From assembly GCA_054661495.1 (NCBI GenBank), contig BAAFSQ010000161.1, forward strand, positions 1-22,628: a DNA stretch of 22,628 nucleotides, read 5' to 3'. Under the pieces are notes generated by a model that had not been told where the DNA came from, did not search any database, and saw only the letters and a program-made list of their open reading frames with translations. Shown here in pieces: positions 1 to 11,314 of this stretch. Numbering within the stretch: the stretch's first letter is position 1; every line of letters starts with the position of its first letter. A program made the position numbers and the translations under genes. This DNA comes from Zygophlyctis sp. KS116. Taxonomy: Eukaryota; Fungi; Chytridiomycota.

Positions 1-1074
1 GGACCCAAAGATTTCTTTGACAGGTTTATATCTAAAAGAATTCCAGTCAAACTGAAATCCCTACCGCATGATTTCCCGTCTCAATTTACATGGGATCTAG
101 TGTCTTCATTTCCAGATGTTAAAGTTGTTGTAGAAAGCAAAGATGGCAAACTGGATCAGTTCGGTTCTGGAAAAGCTCGAACTCAAATGACTCTAAAGGA
201 ATTTAATGATCAGTTAAAGGATGGAAATTTCTATTTATCAACTCAGTATAATTCAGATAAAGACTCTAAAATACAACAAATACTTCAGGCTCCTCTAAAT
301 CAACTATCTCATCTTTTTCCATTAAAACCAGAAATCATTGGGAATTTGGTGCCACAGCAAATGACACTATGGGTTGGTTATAACAATGGTAAACCTGTCT
401 CCTCAGGACTGCATCATGATTTTCATGATAATCTCTATCTTTTGATATCTGGAGAGAAACGGTTTAAACTGATTTCTCCAAAAGATGCAAAATGCATGTA
501 TACAGTTGGAAAAATTAAAAGGATTTTTGAAAATGGATTAATCACTTACATTGATAATATAAGAGCTGATGGTGCTAATTTGGAAGATGTTGCTCAATGG
601 AGACTTCAAGAAGCTGAAATCAAATTAGAAAATGCCGAAAACGGAGAAGGGGATTTACAAGAGGCAGAACGAGAGGTAGATGATGCAATGGATATGGTCT
701 TGAAATACAATACTTCAGAATTATATGATTCCCAGAAATCAAAAAAGGTCAAGATTGATCCAGTCTCTGAGCCGAATAGTTTTTCTCAGATCAAAAATAC
801 TTGTAATCAGGAATATCTGGAGAAGTTTCCTAAATTTCAAAATGCTACTTTTTATGATGTTACTCTTAAAGCGGGTGAAGCTCTATTTTTGCCTGCTGGT
901 TGGTTTCACGAAGTGAAGTCTTGTGGTTCTACCGATTCAGATGGATTGCATATGGCTATGAATTATTGGATGGCCCCTCCCACACAGAATGATTTTGATC
1001 ATCCATACGAGGATGGATTCTGGGAGTCTCAGTGGAATGATTTTTTAGAAGAATTGAAATTATTCAAAGCTTAA
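1..1074 (+). CDS. JmjC/cupin-like 2-oxoglutarate/Fe(II) oxygenase, 5' truncated by the window edge
   Basis: Frame 1 is open from base 1 (GPKDFFDRFISKRIPVKL...). HxD motif in SGLHHDFHDNLY and distal His in LFLPAGWFHEV. Stop TAA 1072-1074. Confidence 0.85.
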   Translation, partial: GPKDFFDRFISKRIPVKLKSLPHDFPSQFTWDLVSSFPDVKVVVESKDGKLDQFGSGKARTQMTLKEFNDQLKDGNFYLSTQYNSDKDSKIQQILQAPLNQLSHLFPLKPEIIGNLVPQQMTLWVGYNNGKPVSSGLHHDFHDNLYLLISGEKRFKLISPKDAKCMYTVGKIKRIFENGLITYIDNIRADGANLEDVAQWRLQEAEIKLENAENGEGDLQEAEREVDDAMDMVLKYNTSELYDSQKSKKVKIDPVSEPNSFSQIKNTCNQEYLEKFPKFQNATFYDVTLKAGEALFLPAGWFHEVKSCGSTDSDGLHMAMNYWMAPPTQNDFDHPYEDGFWESQWNDFLEELKLFKA

Positions 1075-2757
1075 CATTTGGAAATCCTTTCTACAGATTT
1101 AATAAATATTTTAAGTATTACCATTGCCATTTTTACTCCCAAGTCAGCCATGATCTCTTCAGATCCTCCAAGAATCGCACCAAACTTGTATGTCTTTTGG
1201 AATTCCTCTATAACTCTTCCCATTCCAGTTTTTGTGATTGCTCTACCACCAAATATTTGACATGCTTCGTCATTGACATTATGTGCCATTCTTGTACATA
1301 AGAGTTTGAGGAGAGCAATCGGACCAGCCAGCTTTATCGACTGCTCCTGATAGCTCATTTTTGTCATTTGATAGGTAATGTTTTCAAGCCAATTTTGGAC
1401 GGCTTCTACTTGAGAAATAATGTGAGCCACTAGTCATTAAATAATAAAAAATACATTTCTGTCGGATAACAGGCTGCTCAATCAATTTTTGTCCGAAAAC
1501 CATTCGTTGATTTGTCCATTTTAAGCATTCCTCGACAACCAACCTTGCCATTCTTACGATACCACAAACAATATACCATCTTTCATGGTTAAAATTGTAC
1601 ATTATAACCGGAAATCCCTGATTTTCTTTTCCTAAAAGATTTTCTATTGGAACCTTTACGTCTTCCATAATGATAAGCGCAGTCCCTGCAGCTCCAGAGT
1701 AAGATGTTTTAATTTTCTTTGTTTCCAAGCCATCACTTAAAGTTAAAGAATTGTATTTACCATCTTTCAATCAGCAACATTGAAATTCCCTTTTCAGTAC
1801 GGACAGCAGTTGAGAAATAATCACACGAAGTCCCATTAGTGATCCATTTTTTAACTCCATTCACAATATAATATTTTCCACAAGGTGATTTTTTTGCAGT
1901 TGCTCTAATTGCAGCCACATCTGACCCAGCCGTAGGTTCAGAAATAGCCAAACAAATTCTTTTTTCACCTGATAAAACTTGAGGAATTACTTTTGCCTTT
2001 AATTCCGGTTTACCAAAATTCAAAACTGGAGGTAGACCAATCACTAAACCTGTTCCAAGAGAATCACCATAACCAGAATATCCAGTTGTAGCAAATTCTT
2101 CATGAGCAATCATTTCATGAAAGTAATCAAACTCCTCTGCACTTACCCCTCCAATAATATTGTAATCTTTTAAATGCTTTCCAGGCCCACTAAGAATTAG
2201 AATTGAACCTAGACTTACATTCTTGCCGCGAGTATACCAGCACCTCCCATTTTCTTGTATAAATCTTTAGATGCAGCCTGCCCAGCTTCATCACAAGCAG
2301 CAGCATCAGGCATAACTTGTCTCTGAACAAAATCCTTGACAGCAGTTCTAAATTTAACATGAGACTCCCTAATATAATAAATTTTTTAAGAATTACGTAT
2401 AATATGGAGACTTGAAACCCAAAAAAAATGAAGATTCTCCATACGGAGTAATAGAAAACTTTCCTCCAGTCTGTGAATAGACTTTAGGCGCCTCATTTAC
2501 AATTTTCCCAATTAATAGTCTCTGAGAGTATTTTTGTAAAACTTCATGCCTATGCAAACCATAAAATTCCTCTTGATTTAAATTTATAAATTACCAGTAG
2601 CATCTTTTCCAGCATATTCCAAAATAAGTTTTTCTCCTCCTGGATGTAATGCAGCAAAAGAAGTTATATCAAACACTTGACCATCAATAATGATCCAAGC
2701 AGACTTGGCATTTGCATGATTAGCGACTTGTTCTCTTGTATATTCTGTTAAACTCAT
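1064..2757 (-). CDS. Acyl-CoA dehydrogenase with N-terminal cytochrome b5 domain (~510 aa, 6 introns)
   Basis: b5 motif HPGG...AGKDAT; ACAD motifs LAISEPTAGSDVA, NGVKKWITNG, QIFGG, GGSEEIM. Introns 2594-2572 (23 nt), 2396-2369 (28), 2218-2190 (29), 1760-1736 (25), 1454-1430 (25), 1121-1091 (31). Spliced C-terminus KGFPNVKL, stop TGA 1066-1064. Confidence 0.92.
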
Positions 2758-2804
2758 CAAAATTTGACAAACGCGCAAAATTGCGTGATCTTTTCTATCC
2801 AGAG

Positions 2805-3443
2805 TTATATTAATGATTTCCTTCTATCCCTAAAAGAAATCTCTTCTGGTAAAATTAAAAACTTTTCTACAAAATCTGTAATCAATGGTTCTTTCAAGCT
2901 CATAATTTTGAATGCTTCCAAGGTTAATGTTCCATCTTGATTAATATCAAAATCTGAATAAATCTGATTTACAATATGATCAAAAGTATCATCTGCATTA
3001 CTTTTATAGATATCTGAATACATTGCTTTTAAAATATTTAATAATTCTTTAGCTTCAATTTTTCCATTTCTATCTTCATCATAGATCCTAAAAGACACTA
3101 AAAATTAAATAATTACTAAATACATTCAGCCTTTTCTTCAGGAGATCCTTTAAAAAAAGTAGAGAGTCCCGAAATAAATTCCTCAAAATCAATTCTTCCG
3201 TTACCATCCAAATCAAAAGCATCAAATAATCTTTCCAAGAATTTATATTGAGCTCCAGTTGACCATGCATTAACATGATTTGTTAATACATTTTTAAATT
3301 CAGTCTTGTTAATAGTACCATCATTCGAACAATCTTTAAATACTTTTTCTAATTTTTGTATTTCTGTAATGGTAACTTGTAATCAGTAAATAGTACATAC
3401 AATGAGATTCTATTGTTAATATCTTTGATTGTGGTTTTCCCAT
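2805..3443 (-). CDS. Myristoylated EF-hand calcium sensor (NCS-1/frequenin or calcineurin-B-like family, ~195 aa)
   Basis: MGKPQS myristoylation motif; EF loops DLDGNGRIDFEE, DEDRNGKIEAKE, DINQDGTLTLEA. Introns 3400-3376 (25 nt) and 3123-3098 (26). Confidence 0.88.
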
Positions 3444-3560
3444 TAGAAATAAACGATGACGTTTTCAGTTGTGTGTCTGCGCATATAGTTTGGTCTACAA
3501 CGGCAAGTTTTACTTGTAGCGCCAACTCAACTTGTGACAACTCAAAATTGAACGTTATAA

Positions 3561-4097
3561 ATGAATGTATTGAAATGGAGCTCTAAATTAAAGACGATTT
3601 TAGAAAAGTATAGAATTGCTTTTCAGGAATCAAAAGTTATTGTTGGGACTCTGGTCAATCTTGAAGATCAAATCTCTGCAACAGTTGATATTTGTAAATC
3701 AGGAAAGCCAAATTGGATGATTGGATTTCCTGATTTACAAGACTTGATTTTAAAGAAACAATTGCATGCAAGGGATTTAGAGATTAAGCGGTTATCAGAG
3801 ACTGTTGGATCATTTGAATTAATTCTTAAATCGTTAAATGCTTTATTAAAGGATGTAGCTGCTAAAGTACAGGTACAAAATTCATTAAAAAGTATTTCTC
3901 CAATAGAGATTTATGATTGGATTCAAGATTCATTTTACTCAATTTCAAGAGAAATTCAAGTTCAAAAAAGGATTTTTGAGAATTATGTCTTGGGGAAAAT
4001 GTCAATACAAGAAATGGCAGAAAGATGGGATTCATCGGAATATATAGATTTTGGGATTGATGATGAATTGAAAAAGAGATTAAAGTATTTCAAGTAG
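3561..4097 (+). CDS. C1orf109/AIRIM (CA109-like) homologue, AFG2/SPATA5 cofactor
   Basis: Intronless, 178 aa. Segments TLVNLEDQI, FPDLQDLILKKQL, ISPIEIYDWIQD and AERWD parallel, in order, human C1orf109 segments as recalled (SLSNLAEQL, FPDLKERLRRKQL, SVADMLEWLQD, PKAWD). Confidence 0.7.
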   Translation: MNVLKWSSKLKTILEKYRIAFQESKVIVGTLVNLEDQISATVDICKSGKPNWMIGFPDLQDLILKKQLHARDLEIKRLSETVGSFELILKSLNALLKDVAAKVQVQNSLKSISPIEIYDWIQDSFYSISREIQVQKRIFENYVLGKMSIQEMAERWDSSEYIDFGIDDELKKRLKYFK

Positions 4098-5205
4098 TCT
4101 TTATTTTAAGAGATTTCTTTAAAGACTTTTTTAAAGATTTCTTTAAAGATTTCTTTTCTCCTTTGGTGCCTTCTATAGTAACTTTAATTTTTGCTCTTTT
4201 GATTGGTTGCTCTTGTTCAAATTCTGAAGGATAATCGTCTATAGGTTCAACAGATTTGTCTTTTTTTTCTGATTTTACTCTTGATGAAATCATGACAGAT
4301 GTAAGACGGCTTTTAGTATCAAAAGTTGTTAAAGGATTTTGAGATTCTTTAATAGATTTCAGATTCCAGAGATTAATTTTGCCATTTGAAGACACACTGG
4401 TTAAAACTAAAATTTCTTCACTGGAAAATATATCTAAAGCTTTGACTCTTGATCCATCTTTAGTATCCCAAGATAAAATAAAAGTTCCAGTCATTGAAAA
4501 AATTCCAATACTTGCATTTTCATATCCTAGAATAAGAATTGGTTCATTTTCTAATGTAGTAAAAACAATACTATTAATTCTAACATCAGATTTGATTTCT
4601 GCAATCATGTTTCCTTGATCTATTTGATAAACTTGCACAATTCTATCCATCAAGATTGCATAATGAGATCCATCATCAGACCATTTAACCATTTCTGATC
4701 CTTGTGGTAGTTTCATAGAGTATGCACACAAACCTTTTTCTAAATCCCAGCATTTAAGTGTTCCCTCCCTTCCAACCGATAACATGGCTTTACCACTCGG
4801 ATGAATATCTAAACTATTCACTGCATATTTATGACCAGTTAAGGTTTTTAAAGCTTCCCAATCACTAGTTCTTATCAATGCAATAGTTCCATCTTCCGAT
4901 GCAGTAATCAAATGAGATTTCCTAAAAAACTGTAAGCAAGTAATCGCACCAGTATGATGCATTAGATTCCCAACTTCTTTTTTGAGTTTCAGATCATATA
5001 TCTTTACCAACTCATCGGTTGATCCTGAGGCTAAGAACCGATGATTAGAGGCTAATGCTTTGATGCAGGAGATATGGGCAGGAAAAATGAATTCTGGCTC
5101 TAATGCACTGGATGATATATTTGATTCAGTATTAGAAATGGTGCCGACTAGTCCATATAGCAATCGCTCATATGATCCGGCGACAATAAGAATATCTTTG
5201 CTCAT
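4090..5205 (-). CDS. MAK11: WD40 60S biogenesis factor Mak11/PAK1IP1
   Basis: N-terminal IVAGSYERLLYG, FIFPAH, LASGSTDELVKIYDLK, LDIHPSGKAMLSVG and a Lys-rich tail. Intronless, 371 aa. Confidence 0.88.
   Translation of the reverse strand: MSKDILIVAGSYERLLYGLVGTISNTESNISSSALEPEFIFPAHISCIKALASNHRFLASGSTDELVKIYDLKLKKEVGNLMHHTGAITCLQFFRKSHLITASEDGTIALIRTSDWEALKTLTGHKYAVNSLDIHPSGKAMLSVGREGTLKCWDLEKGLCAYSMKLPQGSEMVKWSDDGSHYAILMDRIVQVYQIDQGNMIAEIKSDVRINSIVFTTLENEPILILGYENASIGIFSMTGTFILSWDTKDGSRVKALDIFSSEEILVLTSVSSNGKINLWNLKSIKESQNPLTTFDTKSRLTSVMISSRVKSEKKDKSVEPIDDYPSEFEQEQPIKRAKIKVTIEGTKGEKKSLKKSLKKSLKKSLKIKTT
4108..4155 (-). repeat. 4 x 12-nt coding tandem repeat (KKSL)4 in the Mak11 tail
   Basis: Minus strand AAGAAATCTTTA AAGAAATCTTTA AAAAAGTCTTTA AAGAAATCTCTT. 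Confidence 0.85.
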
Positions 5206-5223
5206 TCAAAATGAAAATTAGGT

Positions 5224-6940
5224 TTATGTCTTGTTGAAAAAATGTTTGGCTCGGCGCCTAAATTCATCCAACCTTGATTTTATATCCATATCATCCATTT
5301 CCATATTTTCAATATCATCATCTCTGATTGGCGTCAGTCCAGAGAGAAGATCACATTCCATAAGAGGTACAAATTTGGTTTTCCAATAGTATTTGTAAAA
5401 CATATAAAGTATTATATAAAATGGAATTCCAGCATATAATCCAATCATGTTCACCCAATCAAATCCACCAGGAGCTTCAATTACACTATAACCCTCTCCT
5501 ATAAGTACAATGAATCCCATAAAAATAGCCAAATATTGTCCATATGGAAAGAATGGTGCTTTGTAAGGTAGGCGATCAATAGAATAACCTTGAATAGAGT
5601 ACGCCTTTCTAAATCTAAGATGAATGATACAAATAAAAACCCAAGTAATCAAGCCTAAGAATTAAAAAATAAAACCATACTTGAAATTCCAGTAATATTT
5701 GTTAACCAGACAAAAACAATATTTGAGCCAAATGATGCCCCGAGAAAAGAAAGAAAACCAAATGAAGTAGATAAAAGCAAACTGTTAAGAGGAACACCCC
5801 AAGAAGTTCTAATATAAATCACAAGAAAAGCTTACGTATAAGAAAATATTTTTGGGGCTTTATTCTCCAAAGCAAGTGCACTCATGGTACGGGATGTTGC
5901 ATACAAACAAGAATTGGCTGCTGAAATAGCCGCAATAAGAATAACAGCATTCATTATATGTGCCATATATGTGATTCCGGCATTTTCAAAAGCAAGTGTA
6001 AATGGGGTTAATGAGCCATCATGACTTTCGTTTAGAAGAGATAACTTTGGATCATTGTGGGGTACTAGTAGCCCCAATACAAATATTGATAAGACATAAA
6101 ATATTGTGATTCTCCAAAAAGTTCCATTGATGGCCTTTGGAACAGAAACTTTAGGATTTATAGCTTCTCCTGCTGTGATTCCAATGAGTTCTGTTCCTCC
6201 ATAAGCAAAAAATGCAGTGCTATAAACAGTTATGATTCCGTAAAATCCATTAACAATTGGTCCTGGGGGTATACTCCAATTCTTAAAACCATACGCAGGC
6301 ACTGAACCACCCCCACATACTATTACAAGTCCAATTATAATGAATGAAACTACTGCAACTACCTAATGCAATTAGCTATAATTGAAAAAACCTTGGTAAG
6401 AGAAAACCAGTATTCAGTCTCACCAAACCCTTCCACTCCCAATAGATTAATCCCAAAGATCAATGCAAGAACACTTATTGACCATACCCAGTCAGGAACA
6501 CTCGGAAACCAAAACTGCAAAATTAACGAAATTGCAGAAATTTCAATTGGTAATGAAATCGCCCAAGATAGCCAATAATTCCTACAAATTAAAAACTGTA
6601 TTTACCAACCCATGCTGAATCCCAAAGCTTCATCGACAAACCTGGAAGCATATGCATTAAATGATCCAGTTATTGGAATGTATGTGGCCATTTCTCCCAA
6701 GGATGTGACCACAAAATAGACCATGATGCCAACAGTCATATAAGAGATCAGACATCCGAGAGGTCCTGCTGTAGCTAATGCAGTTCCGGTGGCAACGAAT
6801 AGACCTGTTCCGATAGTGCCACCAATGGCGATCATTTCCAAATGCCGGGCATGCAATTTACGCTTCATTGTCCCATTCTCTCTATCATTACCTTCTGGAA
6901 TCAGATGATTAAGAAACTCTTTGTCATCTGTGGACCTCAT
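5224..6940 (-). CDS. Amino-acid permease, APC superfamily / yeast amino-acid transporter (YAT) family (~536 aa)
   Basis: RHLEMIAIGGTIGTGLF, SLGEMAT, GETEYWFS, GGTELIGITAGEA, LPYKAPFFPYG. Introns 6605-6582 (24 nt), 6391-6363 (29), 5835-5809 (27), 5680-5655 (26). Confidence 0.93.
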
Positions 6941-6971
6941 TCAATCTAATATTTGTAAAAAAGATCAAATT

Positions 6972-8454
6972 TTAAGGAATCAACGGCAGGAGTTGGAGCA
7001 AAACTTCCGCAGTTTCTTGAGGGCTGGTTATCCAAATAGTGCATGAAGCATTTCTAGTGGCAATATCGTTTCCAGTAGATAAAAACTTGATATCAAATGT
7101 TTAGATTTACCTGGTCTCCGACATGAAGAGTTTCATGCCCGTTTGCTTTCAAATATTCTTGTAATAATTTTACACCAATCAGCTTGTTTCCAATGTCAAC
7201 CCATACATCTGATCCTCCATTAAACGCACAGAAGGGAATCACCGGAGCCTTTTTATCAGTATGTCTCAATATATGCTGATGATTCTTTAATACTCGCTGT
7301 GTTGATAAGGCAAACTCGTCTAATGCTTCGCGAGAAAGGTCAACTCCATGGCGAGATATTATACCTAATGATAGCTCTTTTCTTATAATTTCTATTTTAT
7401 CACACAATCCCATTTCACGGGAGCATTGTTTGATGTTTTCATGGCTAATATTAGGATTAAATACTTACGCTACATCCAGAAACTTTGAGATCGCAGTATA
7501 CTCTGAACTCCATGCCTTGACTTCATTGTTTTGGTATTCTATAGCTGGTATAGATATCAGTCTTTGGAGGTTTGAATCGTATCTAAAAAGATAGTTGCAC
7601 TCTCCACCCAAGACAAAGAACTTTTCTAGTTTTTTAGCAGGAATATCAGCATTTTTAAATCCTTCCAAAAGTCCAGATAATCTTTGCTCATAAAGTTCAG
7701 GCTGTCTAGGATATCCTGCTGCAGTAACAATAGCAACATTAATGTCTTTCTTTAAGAGTCCGATAAGTAAGGTCACCAATTGACTATCTGCAGAGAAATC
7801 CTTGCCATCAGCATAAAGAGTCATGTCACCATCACTTGATATTTAATATGTTCAAGATTACAAAGTAATTAGTTTTAAGACTTTGGATATTGCCGTAACT
7901 TGAGCAAAATTGAGAATATATCGGATATCATTGAAACTTGGCGGAACAAATCTTCGCCCAGCTATACTTTTCCTTGAGTTAATTTCCAAAAATGCCTCCC
8001 GAAGAGGCAATGGAGTCTGGATGTTAAAGTGATATTCTTACGAAAAATGAGCCTATAGAAGGTACTAGCTGCGAAAGTCGAGATATTTCAGGCACTCCAT
8101 TATGATCATGCAATATATGATCTAGAATGAGATCTTCAACGCAAGCCAATATTTCACAGTAGCGATTAATATTTGTATCTCTTACGAACTGAAATTCCTC
8201 TTCTATAGCTTCTGTACTGCTTTTTCGAGAGGTTGTTTTTTCAATTGGCACAAGGTTAAGTGATGATTTGTTCATGGAATCTGTCTTTGAAATGTATTTC
8301 TCTCTGGATGCATTAGGCCGAGTGTGCAGTACGAATGGCGTAAGAAGCAGCGACTTTATAAACTCAATAAACACATCTCTCTTATGGGCTCTATCATGAA
8401 ATTTAAACTCAAGTCTTACTTTAGTTGATAATTAACAGAATACAAAGATGTCAT
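6972..8454 (-). CDS. ISN1: IMP-specific 5'-nucleotidase (HAD family, ~450 aa)
   Basis: MTSLYSVNYQLKAHKRDVFIEFIKSLL; RRFVPPSFNDIR; LITFDGDMTLY; FNGGSDVWVDIGNK; LHVGDQFLSTGND. Introns 8419-8391 (29 nt), 8041-8017 (25), 7861-7835 (27), 7468-7445 (24), 7110-7086 (25). Confidence 0.93.
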
Positions 8455-8462
8455 TTTTAACT

Positions 8463-9809
8463 TCAAACTTGCTCCGCCTCATGCTTTTGATTATCGTCAA
8501 TCAATGAAGATGAGTCGTCAGAATTTAGAGAATAAAGTGTTATAGATTCATCAAGTCCATCAATCTCAGAGTCTGTTTGATCCGTGTGATATGTAAGATC
8601 AGCATTAACCCGAGTTTCATCATCATTGTCCATGTTTCTCATTGATTCCGTGGCTTGAGTAATAATAGTTTCTACAAGTGAGTCTAAAACTTCATCAAAA
8701 TGTTCTCCAGGTGATATGTTTTGAATATTGGTTGATGATCCACCAGCACTTAAATCACCATCTTGACTTGCGGGTTCATAAATAGGAAGATCCTCCAAAA
8801 CTGTAGGTCCATCCAAATCAAAAATATGCCAAGGAAATCCGCAAATAGTGAAAGGAAGAGTTATTTTCTTCCTATTCCTTTTACCAGAAGAAATTGTAAT
8901 CTGAAGTACATGCCTGACTGATATCAATGGTGTTTCTATAGCAGGAGAAATAATACCAACTGAAGGTACCATAATTTGTATGTATCGAGTAATTTTTCCT
9001 ATTCCAGAACCAAAAGTCTCTGAATAACTTAACTGATGAATCTTTTCTGATCTTGGACCTCTAATCCTATCTTTTCAAAACAAATATAATTACTCTGAAA
9101 GCATTTGATAAGTCACGTTTTCCTTTATACAAACATTTTGTATTGATAGAGGTGATTTAGAATGATTAGTAATTTCTAAAGTTAAAGGAATTACTTCCTC
9201 AGAATTAAAACCACTTTTTGGAATTGAGCATTTGATATCAACATGACCAGTCTATAATATTAATAAATTATAAATCTTACTTCCCAAGAAAAAACATTTT
9301 TAATTTTCAAAACAGATTCAGCTATAACTGGATGACAAAAGTTGGGGTTTGTATTTGAGATTGTAGATGGGACAGTGATTGGAATAGTTTTAATTCTTTT
9401 GATTAAACCAGGAATCATCAAAACAGCAGATATTTCATACTTTACTTTCCCATAAGCGCCCTATTAATTATTGTGCCGATTAAAATACATTAAACGATGC
9501 CGGTAATGCAGTTAATGGTAATCTAAAAGAAAAGGGATAAACTGATTCTCCAGGCCCCAATTCAATCAATTCACCTTCCGGATTCCCTGTTCCCCCCAAG
9601 TTCACATAATCTTTAAAGAGGACCATTGATGATAACTGATTTCCAGCAGCAGAACTATTCTTATAAACTTGAGTACAAATTATTCCTGATACTCTTACTC
9701 TGATCAGTTTAACTTTAGTTGGTAAATTGAATGATAGTCCAACATGTCCTTCAATCCTTTGACCTGGCAAATAGATTGTTCGGTTATTATCTAATTCTAT
9801 AGTAAACAT
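8463..9809 (-). CDS. Alpha-arrestin (Arrestin_N + Arrestin_C, LPxY motif, acidic tail; ~420 aa)
   Basis: YLPGQRIEGHV, YPFSFRLP..LPASFNGAYGKVKY, ITNHS, LPIY at 8789-8778. Introns 9488-9461 (28 nt), 9280-9252 (29), 9093-9067 (27). Confidence 0.88.
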
Positions 9810-9947
9810 TTCAAGACTTGGCTTGGCTTTGGATATCAAGAGGGATGAGAGTCTTTTTGATAATTTCTCAGACTGCATTCGGTTCAGAAGTAAATTTAGA
9901 ATTTTGGCTAATAATAGCAAAGGTGGCGCTTGTTTGTTTTAAGTAAA

Positions 9948-10771
9948 ATGGGATTCTCGACACTAGAATTAAACATTGTTGTATTGTTTGATATGATAAC
10001 TAGTAGAAAAATGTAGCAAAGATAACTCTCAAGAATGCTCCAGTAAACGCACTTTCGCCCGCATGCTTAAAGGATCTAAGCAAAGTATTATTATCTGATC
10101 ATGTTAAATCGGCATCATCTTTACTGATTACAACTGCTTACCCAAAGATTTTTTCTGCTGGATTAGATTTAAAAACATTAATCAAGACTACTGAATCTCC
10201 TTTAGAATTTAAGTGTAGAATTCATGATTATATTGGATTATTTCAAAATACTTGCAAATTATTACTATCTAGCCCACTTCCTACTGCCTCTGCAATCTCT
10301 GGAGCGTGTCCAGCAGGAGGAACTGTTTTATCTCTATGTTGTGATGTTAGAGTACTCTCTACAGAATGCAATTTCTTTATGGGATTAAACGAAGTAGCTG
10401 TAGGAATGGCTCCTCCTCTTTGGGTTCATTCATTGGCAAGATTAGTAATTTCTTAAAATTCATATTAGACTATAACACCTTGTGCTGTGTTTCCATTTAT
10501 GGAATTAGGAAGATTTGTCTTTGATATCGATCAAATCAAGAAATTAGGATTGGTTTCTGAAAGTTGTGATAATTTAGAATCTGCAATACTCAAGGCTCAT
10601 GAGTTATTACAAATTTATGAATCAGTTCCACCTATTGCTAGACGTGATGCAAAATTAAAAGGAAGACAGATTATTTTAGATCAAATGAATCAAGATGCAA
10701 TTGATGGAGTCGTTGAATCAATTTGCGGTTCAGAATTTCAGTCAATGGCGAGGAAAATATTGAAAATTTAA
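9948..10771 (+). CDS. Enoyl-CoA delta isomerase (crotonase family, similar to mitochondrial ECI1; ~257 aa)
   Basis: Mostly missed by the ORF track. NAPVNALS, IFSAGLDL, ISGACPAGG, MGLNEV. Introns 9981-10006 (26 nt) and 10445-10468 (24). Confidence 0.88.
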
Positions 10772-10781
10772 CAATTTTTTG

Positions 10782-11298
10782 ATGATCATCACAACTATTT
10801 TTTTATGTCTGATTGGACTCTGCCAATCTTCTATTATGAACTTGAGTTGTTTAATCGACTGTCCGGAATCTATGTCATATCATGAGTCTCTTCCTATTAA
10901 TAGTATTTGATTTGCATTAAAACATAGTTTCCTTTACTCCGGACTCTGATGGCGATGAGATCCGTAATGCAACAGTGTCAATCACAAGCTCAAATAGTAG
11001 TTTTGTATGGTATTCAGAAGAGATTCAATGGAAAGTTACCGAAAACAATTCTCTTTTGAATGAATTTATATTTTCACCACAAGCACAAAACGTTCCATTG
11101 GAAAAAACAATTCCTGTAAATATTCTGGTTGCATGGACCGAATTAAGAAGAGGTCTAATCAGTGGAGCCTCATCACAGAATTTACAGATTATTGTCACTG
11201 ACTTAAAGCCCAATTTTATGATTGGAACAAGGCGAGAAAATCTCGCTAATCGTGTTTCAAATTGGATTTTTGCTTTTATTTTACTACAGACTTTATAA
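10782..11298 (+). CDS. Small secreted, possibly GPI-anchored orphan protein (~163 aa)
   Basis: ATG 10782 gives signal-peptide-like MIITTIFLCLIGLCQS. Intron 10903-10927 (25 nt) joins in frame to ORF 10975-11298. Several NxS/T sequons and a hydrophobic C-terminus WIFAFILLQTL. Confidence 0.7.
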
Positions 11299-11314
11299 TC
11301 AACAAAATATATAA

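Noticed and set aside
3479-3524. tRNA-like string GCGCATATAGTTTGGTCTA...GCGCCA
   Set aside because: Only about 46 nt, with no T-arm/B-box and no proper anticodon arm.
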